Assembly: GCA_964016885.1 (NCBI GenBank)
Contig: OZ024742.1
Coordinates: 7,936,001 to 8,000,000 of the forward strand
Direction: 5' to 3'
Length of the DNA: 64,000 bases
DNA from: Eledone cirrhosa
Taxonomy: Eukaryota
The position numbers and the translations under genes are program-made. This document shows positions 28,079 through 40,700 of the stretch, in pieces. The notes beneath the pieces are model-generated. The model had not been told where the DNA came from, did no database searches, and worked only from the letters and a program-made list of their open reading frames with translations. Position 1 is the stretch's first letter. Each line of letters opens with the position of its first letter.

Positions 28079-28304
28079 ATGTGAATAAAGCCCTTATTGT
28101 ATAGCAAACCATGTGACTTTTCTTTCTTGATTTATTAATACTCCAAGTATAAACTACATAGAAATCACCGCGTACTCGCAGCATCACTATAGAAACGTCT
28201 TGTTGAGTCAAACTTAGCCAAGCGTTAATACTATCCACTACTCGGAGTACCCTAATTGGACTACATCTAAGTGGACTACCTATAACAATAATTTGTTATC
28301 CCGT

Positions 28305-28402
28305 ATATATATTTATTTATTTATTTATTAAAATAACAGATTAAAGTTTAAGCAAAGAATCGCGGCTCTCACCCTTAACGAGATCTTCTGAAACTAAAAA
28401 AG
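28305..28402 (-). repeat. Dispersed repeat terminus, also at 39935-39987 and (inverted) 49445-49535
   Basis: Shared TAAAATAACAGAT(T/A)AAAGTTTAAGCAAAGAATCGC at all three loci. Each abuts (TA)n or (AAAT)n. Confidence 0.6.
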
Positions 28403-29294
28403 TCAATCTGTGAACGCAGAAGTAAATATTTCAAAAAACGTTGCAACCGAAGGAAGACAGGAAGACGATACTTTGGTTCGTGGAGACGTTCTCTGGCAAC
28501 GAACGGAAAAACGAAGATAATACGTCATTATGTGGAGTGGTGAGACCAATAACACGCAAAGACAAAACCACGTAAATAGTATAACTGAAGTCGTAGACTA
28601 AAATTCTATTGAGGAAACCGAATGATTCTCGGCTTCAGAGTTAAGAATAAAGTAAATTAAATACAGAGGTAATTGAAATAAATATATAGATACACGCATC
28701 CATATACGTACATACACAATCATACGCGAAAACACTTGACATGGGTATGCAAATACAAGCACGTACACAAAAAAAAACACGCACGCACATATAGAACCCA
28801 CGCAACGCCTGTACCCGCACACATACGAACGTATACACCAAATACACATAAACAATATATATATGTGTGTGTGTGTGTGTATACATAATTAAATAAACGT
28901 ATATAAATATACACACATAGATACGTATATAACGCGCGCACACACATACCTACATGTAAATACACATATTTTCGCAGACGTACGTCAACCAAAACACAAA
29001 GTACACATATACACACACCCTACATACGTACGAACCAACATACTCACACAGACGCAAAACTCACGTATACACATAACCAAAAGCATATGTACCAGAATAT
29101 ATATATACGCCATAACATATACAAGCAAATATACGTATGAGAAAGTATACGTACCTTCACAAAACATACAGGTAATATATACTTACCTATACAAATAAGT
29201 AATGGTATAAACATAACATATACTTAGCTACCACATCAAGACGTAAAATATCCACGTATAGATCGTACTATCTGTTAGGGTATAATGTGGGGCT

Positions 29295-30224
29295 TTAATA
29301 CAGGAAAGTTTTGTGCAATTTATGTTTACAAGCCGAAATTGCCTCAGATTTTTTGTTTAAGATGTGGTCTTTGGCGTAGAGTATTTCCAGGCCCTCAGCC
29401 GCGCAGAGGTCACGTGGTCTTATATTTCCGTTATACGATCTAACCCTAGCTAGGATCTCCCAGTGTAACTTATATTGGGTGTGGTTGTCTTTTAGACTCC
29501 AGATATAAGCTGAAAGTGACGTCATATTCCTTCTTAAAGGGTTAAGAAAAGAATGGGTATGCATGTAAAGACGCTGCTTGAATCTATAGGCGGTTAACCC
29601 TATGTAGGCCCTACGGGACGTGGGTGTTTCAACCTTACATTTGTAGACAATGTTACTAGAGAGGCATTTTCCGGATAGGGGGCAATCAACCCGATTCCTA
29701 CAATTACAGTTAGTACTAACTACAGGGTTGCACGTGTTCCTACGGCTAGGTAGTTTAGCTAAATTTGAAGCTGTGATGTTATGTGCAACGTTAGGAGTCG
29801 TAGAGTAAGACATTTTAATGGTATTTCTATTAAACATTTTACTATATTTATGTGCTGGAGGAAAATGCTTCATAATACGGGAGAGAAAGATCTTAGCTAA
29901 TGGTGTGGCCACCTCCATATAATGTGGTGGGTTATACCATATAATTCATCGGGATCTATTTCTTCTAGGCCTATTCTCGTACTCTGTATATGCTACCTTA
30001 TCGACAAATCCACTCCGAGCAAGAGCTTCATTGCAATATGTGGAATCGTCGTTGAAAATATGCTCGTTTGTAGATAGACGGGAAAGCCTCAAAGAAACGT
30101 TTCTTACCAGGTTCTTGGTTATGCTGGCAGGATGGTAAGAATGCTTACTTATATAATTAAGCGTATCATTCGGCTTTCTATACGGGTAGTGCAAGCTATT
30201 CGACAAATTGAGGGTAACGTCGAA
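29295..30224 (-). pseudogene. Second Penelope-like (Naiad-like) element: RT thumb + GIY-YIG, one in-frame TGA at 29946-29948
   Basis: DVTLNLSN..PYRKPNDTLNYISKHSYHP..RLSRLS..EALARSG; *IIWYNPP..KHFPPAHKYSKMFNRNTIKMSYS..CNCRNRVDCPLSGKCL..IVYKC..YIGLT..FKQR..IWSLKD..LNKKSE..CKH. ORFs 29946-30206 and 29295-29918 are in the same frame. Confidence 0.88.
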
Positions 30225-32263
30225 TGTAATTAACGACCGAGAGGTTATTTAAAAAAGAAGGCTGTGAGTTCTTTTCTGAACCTGTGGGCCTCACTTTGTC
30301 ATGGTCAAAAGACCGTCATGACGGTACAAACCACCGCCCACGCTGGGGAATTCTTCCTTGATAGAGAAAAGAAGGAAAAGGCCGATAAGTTCAGTAACCT
30401 CCGCAGAATCGCTGGCGCCTATAGTTACGTCGAATGGCGTATCTACTGATATGGCTATAAAACGAATCGAATGTTATTAATAATATTCGAAAAACTATAT
30501 ATATATATAACGGAAAAAGTGTATTTCTGTGAGTTAGAATGCAAATATATTCATATTTTTAAAGCGATTGTAAATTAGCCTATTTAGAATTTACACCTAT
30601 TTCGTATTCTTTGTGCTTCACACGACATATATATCCACATATATTTCCTGTTATAGTTAGAAATGAAGAGATGTTGTGTGTATGCGTGTGTATGTGTGTG
30701 TACGTGCATATGAGTGTACATGTATATGTTTAAGTGTATGTATATGTGTGTGAATCTATGTAATCTATTTAACAGTCTAGACGAGTGAAGACATTGAAAA
30801 TGGTTAATACAGAGATTATACATTAGATATTACGTTAATACGCTTAATGTAGTTATCAACACTGTGTTATAGTCTGTTTCAGTTGCTAGCCAGACTATGT
30901 TATCTGTCTCTCATAATGTTTAACAACTGGGCTTTGAAATTTGCTTCTAACGATTAGAAATCTGATTCCTACAGTTATTCTGTCTCATTTTTACCGATAA
31001 GTAGTGATACTATACTAACATAGACGTAACTTTACACCAATAAGCACACCGTACTACTACATAAAATAATACACTGAATTGTCTATTGTGTGTGGTAATT
31101 TCACCTGTATGCTGTGCTGTTTGAAATTATAAGTAATGTTTGTTAGCAAACTACATTGATGTACCCTCATTGATTCAAGTTCGTTAAGGTATATATAGAG
31201 TTATTGGGCAGTTTTAACTGGCGAATGTCACATTTGAAGAGACACAATAGGTATGGTGCATCACTGTCAGAACGGATGTCTCTTTAGTGATGGTGGATTA
31301 GTGATAAGGATCCATAAAACAAGGATGAGAGACAGTTTGAGTAAGAGGAGAATGAAACGAATGGTGAAGATGTGTTGTTTTGGTTGGCTAGCTCCTTAGT
31401 TCAGCAAAGATAAGATAAAAAGAAATTCTACCGTGGCAATCCCAGGTCAGGACTGGACTATCAAATGAGTCCCTTTTTTAAAAGTTTCGTATCATTTGAT
31501 GGTTTTTGTTTTAGTTAGTTCTGGACAGATTTAACAGGCAAAACAACCGACAGGACACCCAGGAGTAGAACCCTTGTAAGATGTTTGGATAATATCCATG
31601 AGGTCGACTATGGGGGTAGTTGGATCAATTGGAGATAGTTCCTTCTGACAGAACTCACTGGAAGGAGTGTTTGACGACCCTGACTTCCATGAAACACCAC
31701 AAGAAGAAGAAGAAGAAAAACTCTAGATTGGATAGTGACCATATAGGTACTCCCTGAATTTGTTAAAACAAGTATTAGAAGAGGTTCAGAGCAACATAGA
31801 AATTCCTGACAGTAAGAGAAGATATATAAACACCAATGTTAATATTGTGATTGTAAATCTGAGCTTTTCGAATATTGATAATAATATTCGATTCGTTTGC
31901 AATCATGCAAACAGCCTCTTTACGCCATGTCAGTAGAATGACCCGTCATTATTGTTCTTGTGTTGGCATATAAACAGAACGGGAGGCACTAATGTTTCTG
32001 GGTGATTACCCTTCATTAGTACCGTATACTGCTTACGAACTAGTGAAAATATGATATTTTCAGGAAAATACACTGACTCATTGGCCTGATTTGCATATTA
32101 GCCGACTCACTGATCAAGTTTCATGTATGTATGTATTCATGTATTTTAGTAGGAGTTATAGTTAGTGGTTAGTAAGATGTGTGTGAGGCGTTTGTATTTT
32201 ACTTGGTCAATGTAATATAGTCCTTGGAATTTGTACAATTTGGAATCAGGTTGTTTTATTATA

Positions 32264-32465
32264 GTTTCTGGCCAACGATTTTAAGGGAGGGAAAAGTCGA
32301 TTAATTCGGCCCCAGTACGTTACTGGTACTTTATTTTATGGACTCCGTAAGGATGAAAGGTAAAGCTAACCTCGGCGGGATTTGAATTCAGAATGTAAAG
32401 GGCCGTAACTCTATGCTGAAAAGCGTGGTGTCCGATGCTCTACCGATTACTGCCAATCCACCGCC
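32264..32465 (-). mobile_element. SINE family A copy (near full length)
   Basis: Reverse complement of the tRNA head (..GCCAATCCACCGCC) and of the body. Confidence 0.85.
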
Positions 32466-33239
32466 TTAGGCTGGTGTATTATAATTGCTCTATTAGGTTC
32501 TTTTTATTGGTGTCATGTTGTTCTTAGCATCACATGACTGCTGTACAGAATTATAATCGAACACCTTATAGCCTTCACTATATCACCAATTATATTTGTC
32601 GGAACTATATTATAGAACACAACCTTTCTCTCTTTTATAAATCGGGCGGTTTTATTCAATGGAGATGTAACTGACATTTTTTTCTTTATTTTACACCTCG
32701 AATGAACATGAAGACATTCTCTGGTACGTGTCGTTTTTATTTTTTATCATACTTCATTATTTCATTTTTTCATTAGTTGTTGCTTTTTTGTGTGTCACTC
32801 AATAGTTAAGGGCGGATCTCGTGATATCGTAAAAACTATTATAGATGGTTTTATATCCCATCCTCAATTGAAATATCTGAACTAAACTAACCATTTTATT
32901 GGTTGAAGAAACGATGTCTTTTAATTGATCAGTATAATTCAACTCATTACAATTTAATGAGCCCGTATTTAAATTAAAGCGATGAAAAGCATCCTGGACA
33001 GGCAATTTATGGGGGAGAGTTTTTATCATTTTCTTCTTTACATTTGTATGTTTCAGTATAACTTCAATGTTCTTTGGTCATCGTATTACATGATACTAGC
33101 TCGTAATTACATATTATTTTATGTTGTAACATTTAACTATTTTATTAAGCTGTCTTCTTTATATATGCACGATCTTAATTATCTTGGTACCATAAATTGT
33201 TGTATATATATATATATATATGAACGTACACCGATGTTT

Positions 33240-33275
<36 letters not shown>

Positions 33276-33278
<3 letters not shown>

Positions 33279-34126
33279 ATAAAGAAATACACAGATACAT
33301 GCGAACACATACATATATATGAATATATCCACATATATCCCTGAATTTGTGGTGCCAACCTCAGCCGTTGTTGCTCTATGAATAACTGGGACAAAATAAT
33401 CCGAATGGATTAGATTGATTCAGTGTCAGAGCTATATAATACATTATAAAGAAAGAAGAAACATTAGATATAATTAATAAGATATACCATACCCTCATTT
33501 CTGCATTACTCCTCGACTACGTAGTTTCGTGGCTATTATGCAAAAAGACTACATCACAGAGATACAGTATTTTTGTGAGGTTTGCCGACTTATCAAGAGG
33601 ATACCTCATTTAGAGTTTCAAAACACATCCGTAGGACGCAAGATAGAATCCCGAAAGGCCGAGGGGAGTCAATCACGTGATACAGCGGGCAAGAAACAGA
33701 GCTAAGCCTCTTACAAACAAGAAAAAAATACCACAAAGGTGGAGGGGTATTTATATCAAAGCCGTAGAAGAGATGGCTAGGAAGACGAGAAGTTTGAGTA
33801 ATGAAAGCTATCCAGCAGTCACTACACTTCAATGGGTACTCTACCATAGGGAGTTATAAACAATATAAAGAAATACACAGATACATGCGAACACATACAT
33901 ATACATGAATATATCCACATATATCATGGAATTTGTGGTGCCAACCTCAACCGTTGTTGCTCTATGAATAATTGGGACAAAATAATCCGAATGGAAATAC
34001 TGTATCTCTGTGATGTAGTGTTTTTGCATAATATGCCACGAAACTACGTAGTCGAGGAGTTATGAAAAAATTTGGGTATGGTATATCTTATTAATTATAT
34101 CTAATGTTTCTTCTTTCTTTATAATG

Positions 34127-34133
<7 letters not shown>
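33276..34133. mobile_element. Rearranged PLE-like non-coding element with direct and inverted duplications
   Basis: Direct repeat 33276-33410 / 33862-33995; inverted repeat ~33434-33571 / ~33996-34133; (TA)n on both flanks. Confidence 0.7.
33510..33601 (-). ncRNA. Degenerate type I hammerhead motif
   Basis: Minus strand: TCCTC-TTGATAA-GTCGGC...GCCAC-GAAAC-TACGTA-GTC-GAGGA. Stems I to III are intact, but the core has two changes from CTGATGA. Confidence 0.6.
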
Positions 34134-34191
<58 letters not shown>

Positions 34192-34305
34192 TATATATAT
34201 TTACGCAGTAAAAAGTCGGTGGATGTGAAAAGTGAAAGAGGCGAACAGCGCTCAATCTGGTATGAGAGCTGATATATTATATCATTTATTTCTATTCATA
34301 CAGGG

Positions 34306-34404
34306 AACAAAGTCACCTGATGACTAGGTCAAATGTTTGATAATTCTTACGATCTGAAGAGATGATCACAAAATGACCTTGAAACGTCAGGTAGCGCTTT
34401 TGTT
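34306..34404 (+). ncRNA. Hammerhead-like motif with minimal stem III
   Basis: CTGATGA (34317-34323); stem II AGGTCA/TGACCT; GAAACGTC (34381-34388); flanks ACCTGA/TCAGGT and AACAAAG/CTTTTGTT are complementary. Lies in a ~240-bp segment between (TA)n tracts. Confidence 0.55.
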
Positions 34405-34510
34405 CCGTGTATGAACATAAACAAATAATATATTTTAATATATATATATATACATATATGTGTGTGTGTGTATGTGTGTGTGTATATATATGTGTGTGTG
34501 TGTATACATA

Positions 34511-34783
34511 TTAGAGATGGAAAGCCGTCTGCCACGAAGGTATAAAGAACTTTAAGAAATCTCGTTTAGCCCACCTCTGTGAGATAAGATCTGATACCAG
34601 AGTCCGGTCAGGCATTCCAGCGTGCCTCGTTCAAGATCCTGTCACCTGCACCAAATGCGGATTGATGTGTAAATCAGGGGCTGGATTGAAGTGCCATTTG
34701 AGGCATAAACATAAAACAATGAACTGAAAAGATTGTTGATCCCTCATACGTCGCGAATGACGGGAGAGTCCATCATCATCAAA

Positions 34784-34785
<2 letters not shown>
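34511..34785 (+). mobile_element. RTE-clade LINE 3' fragment
   Basis: Hand translation gives RWKAVCHEGIKNF and the C2H2-like TCTKCGLMCKSGAGLKCHLRHKH*, typical of RTE ORF C-termini. Short UTR ends in (CAT)n. Confidence 0.65.
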
Positions 34786-34870
<85 letters not shown>

Positions 34871-34872
<2 letters not shown>

Positions 34873-35060
34873 CAAAGGAATTGTGGTAAGGAACCAGATG
34901 GACCATAACGCACCAGAGTACTCAATACCTAGGGTAATAGAGTGAGAAAAAGGAAAAAGTATGACCCCCACGGCAGAGTTCAAGCCGTTTCTACGGCTAT
35001 TTCAGTCCAGAAATATCCGTCGAAACGGCTTGAGCTCTGCCGTCGGGGTCATACTTTTTC
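34871..35060. repeat. Fold-back copy of the 24159 repeat, between (TA)n tracts
   Basis: GAAAAAGTATGACCCC..GCCGTTTC is inverted as GAAACGGCTTGAGCTCTGCCGTCGGGGTCATACTTTTTC. Confidence 0.7.
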
Positions 35061-36063
35061 ATATATATATATATATATATATATAAGTGTGTAGAGAAAA
35101 CACACCTAACAATCGTGAGGTTGTGAGTGTAATTCTCGGATCGGATTATGCTTTATGTTCTTCAGAAAGACAATATACTTCTTGCTTCTCTTTCTGCCAG
35201 GAGTTGCGACCGATAGATAAAATATCAGCAACGGAAACATTGTTTCCACGGTCTTTTTTGACAAGTACCACCCCACTCGGTAAGCGGATGAGATCTTGGA
35301 GTTTCTCGACCGATTCGATCGATCGATATTTAATCACACATAATTTTTTTTTGCCATTTCCTTTCATCTGACTTCATTTCATATCACTGCATACGCAACC
35401 CCTTCCTTTGATTCCCATTTATAGAACGATATTCCACTTTAGTTGAAACAACTTCACCTGATCCCGGTTAATGTGGAGCTATTGTATTATACCTCCATTC
35501 ATATGTTACCACCTTATTTTATACCTCTTAGAATCCCTGAGCTGTTATCCTATTTAATCATTTCAGTTCGTTTGATCCCAGTTTACGTATTTGATACACA
35601 TTCCTTTACAGCTCTTACGTTCATTTGATCCCAGTTTACCACTTGCGATCCTTTACACCACTTACATTCAGTTGATCCATATTACGTTCAGTTCACATTT
35701 CTTTAATAATTCTTTATTTGGTCCCATCTCATTCTGTTCTGCTCGTCATTTTTAACCCATTTCATGTCACCTCACTTCATGTTATATCTCTTCATTTAAA
35801 CTTCACTTAGTTCGGTACCACTTCGTTTAACTCCGATTCATTTCATTTAGTTTTGCACGAACTAAATTATTTTATTCCACATTATTTGAATTCATTTTCC
35901 TGATATATCTTCATCTTGTTTCATAAGGAACACCACCAGACCATTATAGATCGATTCTATCCATGAAGTCAACCAAATGTAAACTATAACCCCACCAGCC
36001 AAACATATACCAGTCAAGATATAAATTAAATTCAAACATGACAGTCAAAATATTAGTCAAGTC

Positions 36064-36135
36064 AATTGGAGTAGTTTAGTTGTTGATTTACTATATATAT
36101 ATATATAGTAAATCAACAACTAAACTACTCCAATT
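36064..36135. repeat. Perfect 72-bp palindrome centred on (TA)8
   Basis: AATTGGAGTAGTTTAGTTGTTGATTTAC-(TA)8-GTAAATCAACAACTAAACTACTCCAATT. Confidence 0.9.
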
Positions 36136-36527
36136 ATTAATATGGGGACGACAGACGTCACCACGCTGCAGTCACCGTAATATCTAGTTTAAATGTATGA
36201 TATCATTTTAGGGAGATTTAACTATTTTTTCTAGCAGGCCGAACGACTACGCAGATTTCCTACCTTGACATGCAATAAATAGCAGCCAATCACACACTCA
36301 CGAAGAAGGAAAGACACATTAGATAATGTGAACCAAGATGCAGATGCCATAAAAAAAAAATGAGTGGGCACGACAGGAGTTGTTTCGTTGATAGGTATGT
36401 AGGTTGAGGGCCAACCTACATAACAGTCACCTGGTTGCAGACAATCAACGTAACGAAACTTTTGAAATTAGGAAATTATTGATTTATATAAATGATATAC
36501 ATAAATAAAAGATACATGATATAGATA

Positions 36528-36620
<93 letters not shown>

Positions 36621-37263
36621 AATGATATATATATAATAATCTGCAGAGACAATTACCCCCGCTTACATAACAGACATTCTTTCTATCTTAATATAGCTAT
36701 TAGAAATAATAACCGATCTATATCCCACGTGATGATATTTAATCAAATACGACTATATTCAATCCCCTTATTTTTATTTCACTTCATATGTACCCACATT
36801 TTGTTTTCTATCAGAGGTCAAGGGATCCCCCTCCATTCCATTGCACACCGTTTCGTGGATCGCCATGTGTTCCTTCTTCATTTCACCCCACATAACTCTA
36901 CCTTCTCTAGGACCCACTTTAGACAGATGCTACAAATGTCTTGTTTACATTCCCACGGTATGATGTTAATCTATGAATTATTATTAAATTCTTTGCCATT
37001 TAATTATTGTCAGACCTTAAAAAGGACCCAGGCATATTTTTTCCATTTTGTTGTTATTTTTACTGTTTAGCTTTTTTTTTTATCACAAAGTTGTTTTAAG
37101 CCAGGTGGAGATTAAAGAAGACTTTATATCAACAACACTCGTACCACGCACAACTATATATATATATATATGTGTGTGTGTGTATATATATATATTTATA
37201 TATATATATAGATATATATAGAGATATATATAGATATAGATACATACATAAATATATATATAC

Positions 37264-37415
<152 letters not shown>

Positions 37416-37824
37416 AGAGTGTAAACTCGGTCGAAGAAGAAGATATATACATATGTATGTATACACAAACAAATAATATTATATATATATATCTGCATAC
37501 ACACACATATATATATATATAAATATATACATACATACATGCATACATACATATATATACAAACATACATACGTAATCTTAGACATGCCACCAACACTCA
37601 CATATATTTACATCATAAATATTAGCAACACATAACTCTAAACTCCTCAACGGAATTGGTGGTTACCAAACTAAATACAATCACCTTATTTCCTGTCTTA
37701 TACGGCAGCTGTTCATATATTCACATGAAGAAGATTTCGCTGTTGACCTCACCCAACCAAGTGCAATATTATCTTTCATCGTTAAACCAAAGCCGATTTA
37801 CAGTACATCCTGTATTGAATCAAC

Positions 37825-39520
37825 CAATCACACAATCACACAAACACACAATCACACAATCAGACAATCAGACAATAGATAATCACACAATCAGACAATC
37901 AGACAATAGATAATCACACAATCAGACAATCAGACAATAGATAATCACACAATCACACAATCACACAATCACATAAACACACAATCACTCAATCAGACAA
38001 TAGATAATCACACAATCACACAATCAGACAATAGATAATCACACAATCACACAATCAGACAATAGATAATCACACAATCACACAATCACACAATCACATA
38101 AACACACAATCACTCAATCAGACAATAGATAATCACACAATCACTCAATCAGACAATAGATAATCACACAATCACACAATCAGACAATAGATAATCACAC
38201 AATCACACAATCAGACAATAGATAATCACACAATCACACAATCACACAATCACATAAACACACAATCACTCAATCAGACAATAGATAATCACACAATCAC
38301 TCAATCAGACAATAGATAATCACACAATCACTCAATCAGACAATAGATAATCACACAATCACACAATCACACAATCACACAATCACATAAACACACAATC
38401 ACTCAATCAGACAATAGATAATCACACAATCACACAATCAGACAATAGATAATCACACAATCACACAATCAGACAATAGATAATCACACAATCACACAAT
38501 CACACAATCACACAATCACATAAACACACAATCACACAATCAGACAATAGATAATCACACAATCACACAATCAGACAATAGATAATCACACAATCACACA
38601 ATCAGACAATAGATAATCACACAATCACACAATCACACAATCACACAATCACATAAACACACAATCACACAATCAGACAATAGATAATCACACAATCACA
38701 CAATCAGACAATAGATAATCACACAATCACACAATCAGACAATAGATAATCACACAATCACACAATCACACAATCACACAATCACATAAACACACAATCA
38801 CACAATCAGACAATAGATAATCACACAATCACACAATCACACAATCAGACAATAGATAATCACACAATCACACAATCACACAATCACACAATCACATAAA
38901 CACACAATCACACAATCAGACAATAGATAATCACACAATCACACAATCAGACAATAGATAATCACACAATCACACAATCAGACAATAGATAATCACACAA
39001 TCACACAATCACACAATCAGACAATAGATAATCACACAATCACACAATCAGACAATAGATAATCACACAATCACACAATCACACAATCACACAATCACAT
39101 AAACACACAATCACACAATCAGACAATAGATAATCACACAATCACACAATCAGACAATAGATAATCACACAATCACACAATCAGACAATAGATAATCACA
39201 CAATCACACAATCAGACAATAGACAATCACACAATCACACAATCAGACAATCACACAATCACACAATCAGACAATCAGACAATCAGACAATCAGACAATA
39301 GATAATCACACAATCAGGCAATAGATAATCACACAATCACACAATCACACAATCACACAATCAGACAATCACACAATCACACAATCACACAATCAGGCAA
39401 TCACACAATCACACAATCAGACAATAGATAATCACACAATCACACAATCAGACAATAGATAATCACACAATCACACAATCACACAATCACACAATCAGAC
39501 AATCACACAATCACACAATC
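37825..39520. repeat. 8-bp-period compound minisatellite
   Basis: Built from CAATCACA, CAATCAGA, CAATAGAT and CATAAACA units in recurring order. Confidence 0.95.
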
Positions 39521-39660
39521 TTATTAACGTCTTTACAGGACCTCGTCATCCACCCACAAACAGTTTTCTTTCTTTATATTTGATTCACCAAATAATTTCT
39601 TCCTTTTCTTCACGGCTATATTACTAATTCCTTCCTTTAATCATTCATTTATTCCTTCAG

Positions 39661-39878
39661 TCTTCTTCTTCTTCTTCTTCTTCTTCTTCTTCTTCTTCTT
39701 CTTCTTCTTCTTCTTCTTCTTCTTCTTCTTCTTCTTCTTCTTCTTCTTCTTCTTCTTCTTCTTCTTCTTCTTCTTCTTTTTCTTTTTCTTTTTATTTTAC
39801 TTCTTTTTTTCTTCTTTTTCTTCTTCTTCTTTTTCTTCTTCTTTTTCTTCTTCTTCTTCTTCTTCTTCTTCTTCTTCT
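39661..39878. repeat. (TTC)n microsatellite
   Basis: Direct reading. Confidence 0.95.
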
Positions 39879-39989
39879 GCAACAGGGTATGATATTGCTA
39901 GAAATATATAACTACATCGGCACCTATATATATATATATTTATTAAAATAACAGATAAAAGTTTAAGCAAAGAATCGCTGCTTTCACTG

Positions 39990-40072
<83 letters not shown>

Positions 40073-40094
40073 GTTACTACTACTACTAATACTA
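39990..40094. repeat. (TAC)n microsatellite
   Basis: Direct reading. Confidence 0.95.
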
Positions 40095-40529
40095 CTTGTA
40101 CACAATTTAAAAAATTAGTATTGAATTGAAGTTGAGATAATTTGTCTTACGATAGTGAGGTTGTGAGATTCCATGACTGGGCAGCGTGTTGTGACCTTTT
40201 AAACTCCAGTTTACTCAGCTGACGTCACTGGTGTCAAGCTGTATTTTAGTGATTGCATTTCCCTTGGAAAACACCTGTGATGTGGAGAGGTGAGACTGGT
40301 ATGTAATGGTGACAGCTAGTCTTCCACAAACAACCATGTCCAAACTTGTGTCTGGGAAGGGAACATTTCCACCTAGAATTGTACAAATCCCATGGTCATT
40401 CGTGACAGAAGGGGGTCTTGTCCCTTTATATTTACTATAAGTAATGAGCGTGGATCTTTCATACACTGAAACTTTTGAAGGGAAATGTAAGAATATTCTA
40501 TTAAACTAGCAGTGATTTCATTAAAACTG

Positions 40530-40632
<103 letters not shown>

Positions 40633-40700
40633 TATGTATATATATATATTTCACGTATATACATGTATAAATATATATGTATATATATGTATATATATAT

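Larger units (their letters stand above)
25808..28300 (+). mobile_element. 5'-truncated Penelope-like element (Naiad-like) with long 3' UTR
   Basis: A hand-translated frame from ~25810 reads NFLDVTLNL..YISYNSNHP..RISRLSSNQDIF..YYNAAL..WFNP..KYFP..KILNRKTIKLSYS..CNCHLPDRCPLANRCL. GIY-YIG follows (LMYMC..YIGST..FNKRWYVH..IWELKD..CRLC..LLNNK). Starts directly after TATATATA. Confidence 0.88.
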
